Shown here piece after piece: positions 12,201 through 24,913 of a stretch of 64,000 bases of DNA. The stretch is from assembly GCA_905178155.1 (NCBI GenBank), contig CAJINV010000010.1, positions 3,120,587 through 3,184,586 on the forward strand. The letters run 5' to 3'. Source of the stretch: Amoebophrya sp. A120. Lineage: Eukaryota; Protista; Dinoflagellata. Position 1 is the stretch's first letter. Each line of letters opens with the position of its first letter. The notes beneath the pieces are model-generated. The model ran no database searches, was not told the origin of the DNA, and saw only the letters and a program-made list of their open reading frames with translations. Made by a program: the position numbers and the translations under genes.

Positions 12201-14108
12201 GGTAGAATTCGTTGACTTCCATGCGCTGCGCCTCCACCTGAAAAATTACCTGCGGGCAGTAGAGATTCTCCAGAGCTTCCTCGGGCCACTGCAAAAGCGT
12301 TGGCGGGCAGTTATAACCTGCTCAGCTGTTACAATCTCAAGCGTTACAATAGAATATGCAAATCTGTGATGCAGGAGCGCATGTAATTCTAGCCCACTCT
12401 CATAGGATTGCGCATGACAAGTTCCGGAGTCCCAAACCCGATTACAATCTGGCGAAATTTGTATTGCAGAAAGCGGAACCCTCTGCGAGTCTGTCATGCT
12501 CATCATGCAGCACAAGTTTCAAATTCTATTGCAACGTTTGAGATTGTAACATCTAACCAAGCCATAGCAGTCGTCCAGCGTTTGCGGTAGGTTGTTGTGG
12601 ATCAGGTAGTGCAGCGGGTGGGAGGAGCTGTAGGCAGAAGTTCTTGCTCCCCGTCGTCCCGCTGAGTTCGTACTTAGGAGATTCTCTCCACCGGCTTTCT
12701 TTACTTCTTCGGATAGTTCTTTATCGGTTCCTTCCACGACCCCCGCGTTTACACCACCACCACCAGCGGCGGCCTCCATGTCAAACCGTTTCCGCAGGTA
12801 GATCAGGTAGGCCATGGCGATGTGTTCCTCGTCGCACTGCTCTAACCTTAGTAAGTGGTAGTACTTGCGAAATGCCGCGTCGCGAAACGCCGTGACCGCG
12901 TTCAGAATGTGGGTGGCGGAAATTTTCAAAATCGTGTCGTTGCACCGCAGCCCGTCGGTGTTGCCCTTCACGTACAGCCCGTCGCCGGAGACCTTCGAAT
13001 TGCCCACCTGGAGGTTGGGGTGCAGGAAATTGTTCCCGATCCGGCAGTTCTTGTGGGTTTCATCGATGTCTTGACAACTCGTCGACGTGCTAGGTGTACT
13101 AGTCGTGCAAGTCGTGGTGGTCAGACTTTCCACGTCGAACAGCTTCTCCGAAAGGAGCTGAACGCAAGAAGCTACATGGTCTTTTGTATCACCCATGCTC
13201 AACATGTTCACGGTACTAGCCGTGGTCGAGGACGGTGTCGCGACGTCGGATTGATGTAAAGAGCCTGGAGCTGCAGCTGCTGCTCCAGATGCGGTAGGTG
13301 AATGAAAAGCAGCACCCGACCACGTCGACGATGCATTGGTAAGAACACCGTCGCAGTACTCCTGAATTTTCGCGAGCAGGTCTTTTTTCTCCGGCTCCAG
13401 CAATTCCAACGTCCCATCGATGAAACTGAGCTTGTGTAGCAGAAACAAGCCTCTCCGCGGGTCTCTTGTCTCTTCGAAGTACAGGTCGTGGACGTTTTGG
13501 GTGAGAATATCGGCGATCCGGAGCAGAAGTTCGAACAGATTGAGGTCCTGTGTTGTCGTCGTGGTTTCTCGGCTTGCAGTTTCCGTGGCTCCACCACCGG
13601 TACTAGATTCTGCCTGATCATGCTGTTGGACCTTTTCGTCAACATTGTGGTCACCATGATCATTTTGCGCAGCAAGAACGAGATCACCACGACCGCCGCA
13701 ACCGCCAGCAAGCGAGATCGTCACGACCACGGTTTCTTTCTTTTCTTCGTACTGGACAAGAATGTTCTTAACGCTGTGACAACTTTGAAGAGGAAAACTC
13801 TCATTTTCTTTTTCCTCCTGCTCGATTTTGTTCAACAGTTCCAGCTTCTCCTTCTGCCACGGATCCTGCTTCGACAGCGGAAACCGGAGAACGCGGGAGG
13901 TGCATACAGCAGAACGAGAACCATGTTGTTCTCCTGCTTCAACATCTTGCTGGTACGGAAGTCTGCTCGTCTCGTCGTGTGCTGGTGTGGTCTTCTTCAA
14001 AATTTTTCCGTCTTGTTCCACCACATTTCCGCGGAGAGCCGCAGACGCGAAGGCGGCAGCGGGCGCCTCCTCCTGTGAAGGAGTAGTACTAGCGGGTCGT
14101 AGAAACAT
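9284..14108 (-). CDS. SET-domain protein lysine/histidine methyltransferase (Rubisco-LSMT/SETD3-like), ~1225 aa, 5 introners
   Basis: Motifs GDGLYVK, LLQWPEEALENL, CLVPFADYLNHD and QLCLNYGPLQNWELLQYYGFCFDRNPADT; frame restored across all 5 elements. Confidence 0.88.
9621..9813. mobile_element. Introner family J (TIR taccaaacg.aaaaatgggccacagccaaa)
   Basis: DR TGTTC/TGTTC; ends TAC...GTA. Confidence 0.9.
10576..10837. mobile_element. Introner family A
   Basis: DR TTTCG/CTTCG. Confidence 0.9.
11065..11212. mobile_element. Introner family B
   Basis: DR TTCCT/TTTCT. Confidence 0.9.
11252..11515. mobile_element. Introner family A
   Basis: DR CTAGT/CTGGT. Confidence 0.9.
12312..12566. mobile_element. 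Introner family D (TIR tatRacctgctca...gttacaatctcaa.cgttacaatagaa)
   Basis: DR GCAGT/GCAGT. Confidence 0.9.
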
Positions 14109-15807
14109 GGTAATTTCCTTGTCCACGCTTAGGACGCTGCTGGTGAAGTAGATTTTTGTTTCCTTGTAGTGTACTTAGTAGTGCAAACAAGATCAGGACC
14201 GCTGCTCGTCTCACTGTACTATCGTATTTTTATTCGTGCTTGCTTTTCAATAGTTTTAGCTTTTTATGATCTCATCTTGCTGGCGCAGCACTATAGCAGT
14301 CTTACTCAACATAGAAGGAGGCAACAGACGCCAGGTGGCAGAAAAAATGTGCTTAGTGTTAAAGAAAAGATCAGTCGATAACGACAGCCTCGTGCATCTT
14401 GATTTTCGTTGTCGTTCCTGAAGACCTTCACCTTCCTGGATGAAAAAATAAAAAGCATATCTATGTAATGAACAAATGGGGGTTGGATTCAAAATTTGCA
14501 GGTGGATCGGGGTTTCAACAAAATAGTACGACTTACAAAGCAGGATCGGGATTTCAAAATTTTCTTCGCGATTTTCCTGATTCACTAGCCCAGTCAACGG
14601 GACTGGTGGACCGTGTATTTCGATTGGGTTCAGATCAAGAAGATGAATGGGAGCAGCTGCATTTTATTCATTTTTCATCATCTGGTGTGTGACGAGATTA
14701 TTTTCATGATCCGGATCTTCCAGCATGAACTAAAAAGCGGCTCTTTGAATCTTGATCTTCAACTTCTGACCTGTGCTGTCGAAGAGCCGTTGATTTTAAT
14801 TTCTTTTGATTTGCCTGCCCGGTGCATCAGAACTACAACATGCACTGGATCATCTTCGCCTAGTGTCGTCTCCGGATTCGAAATGGAAACTGGATTGAAC
14901 ATCATCACACATCAACAGGGTTCTTTTCCTGTCGCCAAAAGATGCCTGCAATTATTGCGACCCGGTTCAGTTTCGAGTATAATAGATACGTAAAAATGTT
15001 GGTCATGCTTATTTCAGATAGAATTATCGGAGCGCTTTGTCACCTGCTTCTCTGCTGCGCGAGGACGGCGATGTGATCGCGTTTCAATTCGAATGATGAT
15101 GTGCCAGCACTAGGCTACCTAATGCTAATCAAATGTGTATTCATCTCGTCACCAAACAGAAGCCATTGCGGTCCTCTGGTGCAGACAATGAAGCTAAATT
15201 ATAGCTCTAACCCGACTTATTTGAGGGTAAAAAGTAGTCTTTGATTAAAATTATCGTTCAAGTCGGGGTCGGTATTAAGTAATAATATTCTCAAGATTCA
15301 ATAGTACTGGTCGGTGAGTAATTTTTTTTTTTTTTCGAAAAGTCAATGATAAATCCCACGAGTAAGTTTAAGTTGTAGGGAAAACAAGTAAAGTGCGCAC
15401 ATTAGCTGAAAACGATGAACGTGTTGTAAAACTATGACAAGAATGGTAAGAAAAACGCAATTGCAAAATAAATGAATAACAAAACTATACTGTAAAAATT
15501 CGCAGACAATGACAACTCGAAAACAAAAATTTGACTGGTAGTTACAACTTCGCTTTGTTCCTGTCCTCGATCTACTTTTATGGTTCTCGTTACGTCGCCC
15601 ATGACATTCATAAGTAAGTAAGTAGGTCCGTGTCCAGTATCATTTCAACATTCGTACAACTGGAAAAGCCAGATGTCCCAAGATAGCAACAGCACCTTAA
15701 GACGCCCATCAAATCCACAAAATCAGAGCAACAACGAGAAGAACGCTGGTGCTTACGTGAAAGTGCCTGGCACTACTACTTAGCACCTTCTTCGCAAGAA
15801 CCAAGAT

Positions 15808-18782
15808 TCAGCAGCACAACACTGTGTCTGAGCGCTGCTGCTTGTTCGCGGCCGGTGCAGCATTCTGCGCAACGACCAAGTTTGGACCGTAGCCAAGATA
15901 TGCCCCGCTCAGAAGACTACTAGACCATCTTGGATAAAAAAGCAACAGCTTCGTTCTAAGTAAGTGAGTAATGCAAAGCTCCGGTTCCACGAGCACCTCT
16001 TGTGGTTTCTCCACGGCATGAGTCATCTTCACATGCAATAATCCCACCAAGGATCATACGATGTGGATGGGTCATAGATCACTCAGCAGGCGACTTTCGA
16101 GTCCGAACGTAGATGTGGAAGCTGCATTCCATTTGATATACGAAGTCTATCTCGAGAAGTTTTTTTTCAACCCAGAATTAGTCTATATGCACACAATCAA
16201 GCTGTCGAATAAAAATGCCAAGTAGCTTAGGCGAGGACGTGAGCGGGGCATACAGTGCAGCAGGTTCTCAGCATGTTGTTCATCCCAATGATGGCCTCGG
16301 GAGATTCTGCACCACCTGCAGGATTAGGATTTCCCGGAAATTTGGTGGTGGCAGCAGCAGGGTTGTACTTCGCCTTCTTCGTCGTCGCCGCGTCCTTGTA
16401 CAGCAGGGCGCTCGCGAATTCCTGGCACACTTCATCTTCGGTTGGTACTTCTACTTGGGGGGCCCCCCTGGCTGCAGCGGATGTCCGAACAGTAGCGAAC
16501 CCCTGCTGGCAGGTCATCTGCGGCCCCCCGCTGATCTGCGTATGAAACAAGTGTGGGCCGTAGTTAGAATATGCCCCGCTCAAAGTAGACGATCTCAACT
16601 TACTAGTAGTACGCACAGTTATTTCATTTGCGAATGTGATTGATGCCACGGCTCTTTTCTGCGGCCCCTCTTCCTGTCCGGTTCTTTATAAATGTACAGC
16701 TCCAAATCCATCACTATCAACCGCAGCCAGGGATAGATGATCGATGACTCAGCGGACAGCTGATGTCACATCCGAATAGTATGCGAGGCATTTTCGTCCT
16801 GGGAAGCCGGGCTAGTGTCGGCGCCCATGTTGACATGGAGCACCACGCCGCCCCTCCGCCTCCTGCCAGAGCCGTCATTTTTTGGTTCATGGGGCTTTGT
16901 TTTTATTGAATCACGCAGGTTCAGGCAAATTGAACTTGTAATTTTTTCCCTCCATCTTCTCCATGCGCATTTTTTTTTTCGGACACGCGGTTGCAATTTG
17001 CAATGTCGAAACTGGAACTGCGCCAGCAGCTTTACTATAAATTCAATGGCATTTTCATTTTCTCCGCTGTTGGCTGGTACACGTACAGGTACATTCATGC
17101 CTGTCCACATTGAAATTTCATTTTCGAGTTCGACCTAGAAAAGATATATGCTCCACACACAAACGGTAGAGTATAACAAGTATTATCGCACAGTCGTGGA
17201 TTTCATCACATTCTTCGCACTTACGGTGGGGCGGCGATTTTTTGTTCCTAAGCGTAAGCACTAAGCATGTAGATGTACTTAACGCATTCAACATCAACAA
17301 ACCGCCGAAACACAATGTCAGGAAGGTCGAAGTGAGCGGGCCATACTTCGCAGCAAGTTTTCAGTGCAGTGTTCGTATCAACGACAGCGGTGCTATCCTG
17401 AGTAAACAAGTTCCCACCCCAGAGTTGACATGCAGAAGATATGCATCTCCTGCAGATACATTTGCAACGCGCATCTTCCCACGAAGAGAGACATACACTG
17501 ATCATAAATGGTGTTGTGGAATTCTTTTAATGCAGTATCAAACAGGATAGCGACGAGTGCGAGGTGGCTTTGTGATGGGGCTACCCTTCTTGCTAGCCTG
17601 CTTTAATACACCTCTTGTTCAGATAGAAACTTTACTAAACTTTATCCCAAAACTAAACTCCCATCCTGACTCTGGGGTTGGGAGCGTTTTTGCAACACAG
17701 GATACCGGTCATGCTCTTGGACGTTTGCTTGCGGATTAAGTTCAGGATCACCGGTAAACGTGTTGCTTTCCGCACCGTTTTTCTTCACCGCCTTCTGATA
17801 TAAATTGCAAATTATATGTCTACTTGGTCTAGAGGAAAAAGAATTCAAGGACCGCGTGCGCGTCATGCTCGGCCAGCATGACTTCTCTCATATCTGTCAT
17901 GCACGCTACCCAAGCGCTCCAGTTGTTTCTCATGTACTTTAGATGAAAGGCAGTTCTTTGCCATGCAGAATTGGCAACATCACCTAGCAAGAACTCCGTG
18001 GCATGATCATGATTTGGGGATGACGGTCGAACCGGCGTCAAAAGTGTCCAGACCTCCCAGACATATTTGCTGCATTCGATATCTCCCAGTCCTTGTAATG
18101 CAATTGCCCCGCGAAGGCCGCGCACGCCAGATTGTCGGTTGGCATTTGTTCCACCCCCTGGGCCATCATTGCGTCTTTGGCCTGTTTGAAAGCCATTTCA
18201 CAGCTCAGCGTCATCGGCGCCTTGTTGGTTTTCGTAGTGCCCTCGCCGGTACCCGTTCCAAGACCAAGACGGCCCAGAAAGTATCGCAGCGCGCAAGAAC
18301 TACTTACTTCCCTTCGCCTCGTCCCTCAGGCTCCGCACGGCCTGAGCAGCAACAGAAAACAACACGACAACTAGTACCAGAAACTACTTACAGGAGATCA
18401 TATGTAGGCTCGGTTCTGCATTTTTCGTTTACATCAAACAAAAGTGACTATAATTTCTATATTATCATGTCAAATTTATCATGTGCTGGATGTACATGTA
18501 GTATGCTTATTGCATTTTTTCTGCAAAAACTTGTCAGGGAAGGCAGTGGAAGTGATGCAACTACAAGGCCGTAATTGTACTGAAGAGATGCAGAACAAGT
18601 GCAGTAGTTGCGCTTTGGCATGACAAATGAAGATGAGGGATGAAAGTAGCTCTTCCACACTTTCATAGAAACTCCCCGACATCCAGAGCCGCTGTCGGTT
18701 CCGGACCTCCGCCGAGAATAAAACCGGCACTCGTCGTCCCAAGAACCACGACCGCCGTTTTGTTGTTCCGGAGGACTTTCAT
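15808..18782 (-). CDS. Probable multi-exon Cys-patterned repeat-domain protein, copy 1 (exon joins partly unresolved)
   Basis: Hydrophobic N-terminal segments; two ~110-aa modules C..PT..C..FA..L.YKD..NP..TCC.V.PAH (17248-18300 after introner removal, and 16227-16649); tail LSGAYLGYGP...VLCC*. Confidence 0.5.
17394..17704. mobile_element. Introner family K (TIR tatcctg.gtaaaaacgt.cccaccccagagt), aged
   Basis: DR decayed; element+5 removal in frame. Confidence 0.75.
17799..18081. mobile_element. Degenerate family A introner
   Basis: DR TCTGA/TCTCC; in-frame removal. Confidence 0.7.
18385..18667. mobile_element. Degenerate family C-like introner
   Basis: DR GAAAC/GAAAC; right end gcatgacaaatga...ttcata. 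Confidence 0.55.
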
Positions 18783-20560
18783 TTTTTTTTTCGCAAGATC
18801 AAACTCAAGAACTCTTTGCAAGATCAAATTCGAGAACTGAACGAAAAGAAACTACTGCAAGTTGTGTGGTTGAATCTTCAGACAGCCGAATTTTGGGCAG
18901 AACGCTGACGCTCTCGTCGCGGTTAATTTTTTGTAAAATATTTCTTAATGGTGCAACTGGAAAGAACTTCTACTACCGAAAGGTAAACTCCAACACGAGG
19001 TGGATAAGGACCTGAGGGGGGGAGAAGGAATTTAAGGAAAGTGACTGACGCAACAAAATCGGAAGAAATTCTACCGAACTATGATTCGTAGCAAAATTTC
19101 TACTGCTCCGAAACTTCTAGAGAGATGACGGCGATGAAGCAGCAGCACATCCTCTTCTGCGGACTGCAAATTATGAGGACGAGAACCGACACCAGGGCGG
19201 CCGCCGCCGCTGCACTATATCTGTATTAAACGCGCCAACAAAAAGGCCCGCGCCAGGGCTAGAACGGACAACGAGAATCTGCAACAAGGAGGACCGAGAC
19301 TTGGCGGAGTATAACGAGACCGACAAATCTCTAAAACTTCATCGTAATATGATGCAGGCCACCGCCGGTGCGAGTCTTCTTTTTAGACAAAGCGACTACC
19401 GATCAAGAAATATACGCTGAGTATTGAGGCGGGACATCACCGTTGCACGAAAACCAAGGAGGCGCTTACGGGTGGTTTTTTCGACCGAAAGATGGCGCTG
19501 GCGTTGCTGACCGAAACACACGACACCACGAGCTCCAAATAAAAAAAGTGGCATATTGTATCATGTTCATATATGTTCTTTATCTTGCTCTTCGGAGCAT
19601 GAGCTCTACTGCCTCTAACAGGCACCAGAATTTTTTTCCTGCTGCCCAAATGTGATTTCAATGACAATGCCTACTTCACTTCTCTACTGTCCGTTATGAG
19701 GGTTTTCAATTTCAAGGATACGTAATGTTGATCTATCATGTTGCCAGAAAGAATAATCAGAGCGCTCTGTCACCTGCTTCCCTGCTGCGCGAGCACGTCG
19801 AGGCCGCGTTTGAATTGGAGTGAGTGACGTACCAGCTCCACCAGCGCAAGGCGGTTATATTTGTGTACTCATCTCCACAAAAAGAAGCTAGTAGCCCGGC
19901 CCTGATGCAGACGATGAAGCTAATAGCTCTACTCCGATTTATTTGAGGGTAAAAAGTAAAAGTAGTCTTTGATGTTCGTTAAAATAAATATAAGTCGTGG
20001 TCGGTACATCATAGTATTCTTAGGATATAATAACATTGCTCGGTGAGTAAATTTTCGAAAAGTCAATTCTGATGAAGATGATAAATAAACGCGAACAGAA
20101 ATACTGCAGTAAGAAGTTTAACAGTTACAATAACAAGTAGGGAAAAAGTGCGCGCAGTAGTTTAGCAGATAGAAAAGGAAAACGATGAATGTGTTGTAGA
20201 AAATAAGCGATGAATTCAAAGAAAGGATGCAATTGCAAAAGTCAATTCAAAACTTCACCTAAAAATTCGCAGGCAACTGGAAAACAAAAATTTGAGTGGT
20301 ACTTACAGCTTCGCGTTCGTCCACGTGCAGTCCTCGATACAATTTATGGCTTTGGCTACGCCTCCGACATAAGCAAGTAGGTCCGTGCTGTCCATTATCG
20401 ACATTTCATTCGTACAACTGGAAAAGCGAGACGTCCCAAGAACAGCAACAGGACCTTAAGACGACGAAATCCACAAAATGATCAACGAGAAGAACAACGC
20501 TGCTGCTTACGCCAACGCGCCTCCTGGCACCACGAGCCACTTCCTCGTAAGAACCAAGTT

Positions 20561-23461
20561 TCAGCAGCAACAAACTGGCGTGTCTGGGCGCTGCTGCTTG
20601 TTCGCGACCGGTGTGTTCGGGTTCGCGCCCGGTGCGTTCGCGACCCGTGCGCCCGCGGCCGGTGTGTTCGGGTTCGCGCCCGGTGCAGCACTTTGCGCAG
20701 CCACGTGTGGACCGTAGCCAAGATATGCCCCGCTCAAAAGACTAGACCAATTCAGCTAAAAAGATGAAGACAACGGCTTCGTTGTTCTTCTACGTAGAAG
20801 TTTATTATAAACTTCTATTCTAGAAAGCGAAAGGCCTCAAAACACATCATATTTTCATACAATTTTCTGGGTCGAATTCGAAATGGTCGAAAATGTAACT
20901 TTCGACACAGAATATGTGGTCTATAATATGCACATATCACAATCAAGCTGTCGAATAAAAATGCCAAGCATATAATGCCTAGTCGACGTGAGCGGGGCAT
21001 ACAGTGCAGCAAGTTGTCAGCATGTTGTGGTTCCCAGCCGTGACCGTGGCTTTCCATACAGGAGGAGGATTGGGTTTGGGAGCAGTGAAGGTTTTGCTGG
21101 CAGCGTCAGAGTTGTACTGCGCCTTGTTGGAACCCTTGTAACCCAGGAAAAACGCGAGCTCTTGGCACACTTCATGTTCGGTCGAAGGCGATTGACCATG
21201 TTCCTCCAGGGCTTTTCTGACTTCGTCCTGGCAGGGCACTTGCTGCCCCCCGGTGATCGTGATCTGCGTATGAAGCAAGTGCGGTCCATAGTTAGAATAT
21301 GCCCCGCTCAGACTAGACGATCTCAACTTCCTAGTGACAACAGTTGCGTTTGTGACTGATGTTGACACAGCTGCTTCGACTTCCTGATGTGCGGTTTTCT
21401 TTTATTCAATACAGCTGCTCCGCCAACCACGCAGGCGGATGGCATAAGACCCAGGAGGCGACTTTCGCGTCCGAATATGCGGGGGGCATCTTCGTATGGG
21501 AGCTTCACCAGGGCCGAAGTTATTGACTTTAAAAACAAAAAAAAAGGCACCCCTTGACGGAGCCCTTCAAGGACAAGGGGGCAACCCCTCCGGGCCCCCT
21601 TTCAACTCTTACGCGCTCAAGTAATATACCGCGGCGGCTAGTTCGAAAGGGGGCGAGTGTGTCAGAGTTGAAACGCAAAATCCCAGCACTTTTCACTTTC
21701 TAGGGGACGGGGACCCATGATACTTATTATTATTTTTTCTGGTTTACATAGAGTATAATTTTCGTGCGGTCGATTTCACATTCGGCGCACTTTTATTTTC
21801 ATTTTTGGGGCTGCGATTTTTCTTTTTTTGTTCCGCACCATGCAACTGATAAAACGCGGCCAACTTCAATTTCAAACCATTGAGAGATAATGTCGGGAAA
21901 GTCGAAGTGAGCGGGCCATACTTCGCAGCAAGTTGTCACTGCATCGTTCAGACCAACGAGAACGGTGCTATCCTGAGTAAAAAAGTTCCCACCCCAGAGA
22001 TGGCATGCAGAAGATATGAGCAATGAAACCCAAAATAGCTCGTAGAACCCTGTCATCTTCCACCAAGGCATGCAGAAGGTATGCATCTCCTGCACATACA
22101 TTTGCAACGCGCATCTTCCCACGAAGAGATGAGATATTACATTGTTCATAAATGGTGTTATGGAAAAATTCTTTTAATGCAGTATCAAACAGGATACTAG
22201 CGACGAGTGCGAGGTGGTTTGTGATCATGCGGCTACCCTTCTTGCTAGCCTGCTTCAATACACGTCTTGTTCAGATAGAAACTTACTAAACTTTATCCCA
22301 AAACGAAACTCGCATCCTGACTCTGGGGTTGGAACGTTTTTACAACCCAGGATACGTGTCACGATCCTCCTTGTCCGGTGTATTTTTGAAACGATTTTCA
22401 AAAAAATCATCGGGGGCATCCAAATTGTCGTTTTCCGCACCATTTTTGTACACTGCCTTCTGATATGCATTGCAAATTATATGTCCACTTGGTCTGGAAG
22501 AATTCAGCGACCTTGAGTCCTCAAGATCAAGTAGAAGGTTTGTCATGCTCGGCCAGCATGAAGGTTCTCAAATCTCCTGTCATGCTACACGTTATGAAGT
22601 ACTCAAAGAAATGCCCCAGTTTTCTCTAATGTAGAAGTGCTGTTTGCCATGCAGAATGGCAATGCCAATGGGCAACACCTAGCAAGAAGAACTCAATAAA
22701 TACTATGTCAACATGCTTGTCTGGAGTAGTTGAGGCATCCTCAACATGGGTCGTGTCCACCCAGCGTCACAAGTGTCCAGACCGAGACATCACAATTGTA
22801 TTCGATATCTCAGGGTCCTTGTAATACAATAGCTCCGCGAAGCGAACGCAAAGCTCAGTTTCGAATTCAGGATGAGGAGGAGGATCCTCCATAATTTCTT
22901 TTTGCTTGGCCTTTTCGAAAAACTTTGCACAGGTCAGCTGGTCCGGCGCCTTGTTGGTTTTCGTAGTGCCCTCGCCGGTACCCGTTCCAAGACCGAGGCG
23001 GCCCAGAAAGTATCCCAGCGCGCAAGAACTACTTAAGTACTTCCCTTCGCCTCGTGCCTGAGGCTCTGCACGGCGTGAGAAGCAACAGAAAACAACACGC
23101 CGACCAGGACCAGAAAGTACTTTCGTTTCTGCATTTTACATCAAACAAAAGTGATTTATTTATTACTATGTCAAATTCATCATGTAGACGTAGGTAGTAT
23201 GCTATATTGCCCTTCTTCTGCAAGAACGTGTCAGGCGTGGTGCAAAGAAAAAGGCCGTAACAAGCGTGAGAGATGCAGAACAGATGCAGTTGTGGTTTGA
23301 CATGCCAAATGAAGACGAGGGATGAAAGTAGCTCTTCCACACTTCCATAGAAACTCCCCGACATCGAGAGCCGCTGTCGGTTCCGGCCCTCCGCCGAAAA
23401 TAAAACCGGCCACACTCCCAGCAAGAACCACGACCACCGTCTTTGTTCGGAAGACTTTCAT
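20561..23461 (-). CDS. Probable multi-exon Cys-patterned repeat-domain protein, copy 2
   Basis: Paralogous to 15808-18782: MKVFRTKTVVVVLAG start, modules ending TCCEVWPAH and TCCTVCPAH, tail ...DTPVCCC*. Confidence 0.5.
20602..20686. repeat. In-frame 51-bp-period repeat expansion (APGANPNTP x2), only in copy 2
   Basis: ccggtgtgttcgggttcgcgcccggtgc occurs twice; absent at the paralogous site ~15850. Confidence 0.75.
21969..22354. mobile_element. Introner family K, same site as 17394 in the paralogue
   Basis: DR GGTGC/CGTGT. Confidence 0.75.
22464..22807. mobile_element. Degenerate family A introner, same site as 17799 in the paralogue
   Basis: DR TCTGA/TCTCA. Confidence 0.7.
23118..23349. 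mobile_element. Degenerate family C-like introner, same site as 18385 in the paralogue
   Basis: DR GAAAG/GAAAC. Confidence 0.5.
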
Positions 23462-24913
23462 GTTTCTTTTTTGCAGGATCAAGCTCAACCCCTGCTTGCA
23501 AGATCAAATTCAAGAACAGAGGGATAAATACTGCAAATGTGGTTGAATCTTCAGACACTCGCCGGATTTATTTGATCAAAACGCTCTCGCGGTCAGTTTT
23601 TATTTTTTCTTTTTCAATCAAACTAGAACTGCTACTAGTGCCGAAAGGTTGTAAACTCCAATACGATGATGAGGACCTGAGGGGGGGGAAGAACGAGAAG
23701 GAAAGCGGCGCAACAAAATCGAGACAAATTCTACCAAAATCAGAAAACGAATTTCTGCTCCGAAAGGAGAACAGCGACGGCGAAGGAGCAGAAGATCCTC
23801 TTCTCCGGGCTGCAAAAGAGGACAAGGAAAAACACCGAGTCCGAGACCGCTCCTGGCGGCTATCAAATCGAACACATCAGGAAAAGCAGGACCGAGGCTG
23901 GGCTAGAACTACGAAGAAGCTACTAGTGTAAAAGACTACCGAGAGTTCTTGGCGCGAAACGAACCCGAAAAAACTAAAACCGAGAAAATCCTTGGTATGA
24001 TGCAAGCCAGCCGGCGTGGCGAACGAAATACAGCGGAGCTGCCGGATACGTTAAGCACTTGTTTTTAAAGAGCCCCATCGAAGATGTCGATCGTGGGGGA
24101 CGATACAGCACGAAAATGACCACCGAGGAGGTACTTACAACATTATTGTTCTCTGGACCGAAACAAGACGGCACTGCAGACCGAGGTGTCGCAGCAGGTG
24201 GACGAATATAATTACCGAGAACTTTTACTCAGCATCGATGTTGATGCTCGCTCTGTTTTCATCAGAATATTACCGACGTGCACAGGAGAGACGAAGTAGT
24301 TAAAGTTATTGGAGACAAGAACGAACTTAAAGTCAAATTTATTATGCAGTGTGCTCCTTGTAAAACAGTGAGGACGACGTAGTTTTAGCTCAATTAACCG
24401 AGGAGAGGACATGATGGGAGATGGAACCGCGCGAAGCAGTGCACGCCTTTTATTTCACGCTCGGTCCTGGTAGTAACGTGGCCTCAACACATGGAAAATG
24501 TCGGAAGAGCTCCTTCGGCAGCTGGCCCTTTTTTAGCAGATTCAATGTGTCGTCGAGGTAAACCTCATAGTTGTAGGTACTTCTCGAGCGTGGTACATAT
24601 AGAAACGTGCTGTGTGCGTGTGCGAGAGTGGCTTCGACATCTTCCTCTTTTCCACCACGACCACGACCACCTCTTCTTCACGTTCATTATCTATAGCAGG
24701 GGAGGACTAGCACAAGCCCAACCCTTGGCTGAGCTGAAACTTCTAAAAAATGAAGAAACGGGGGGTCGTTTTCTTGATGAGAATGGTCCGCAGTTCGTTC
24801 CATCATCATGATCAGGAAAATTGAGTGTAATACAGTTTGCGATATCGTGCATTTCGATTTCATTTGACATTGCGCGTTTGTTTAGCTTGTGTTCTGTGTC
24901 TGTCCAAGCGAAA

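Larger units (their letters stand above)
14995..24180. repeat. Diverged tandem segmental duplication, units ~14995-19510 and ~19725-24180
   Basis: Colinear similarity over coding, intergenic and introner sequence, e.g. gagcgct.tgtcacctgcttc at ~15030 and ~19760. Confidence 0.85.

Noticed and set aside
18663-18665. Apparent TGA versus TGG difference between duplicates (recoding or pseudogene)
   Set aside because: It falls inside the TATG end of a degenerate C-like introner, so it is probably not coding.
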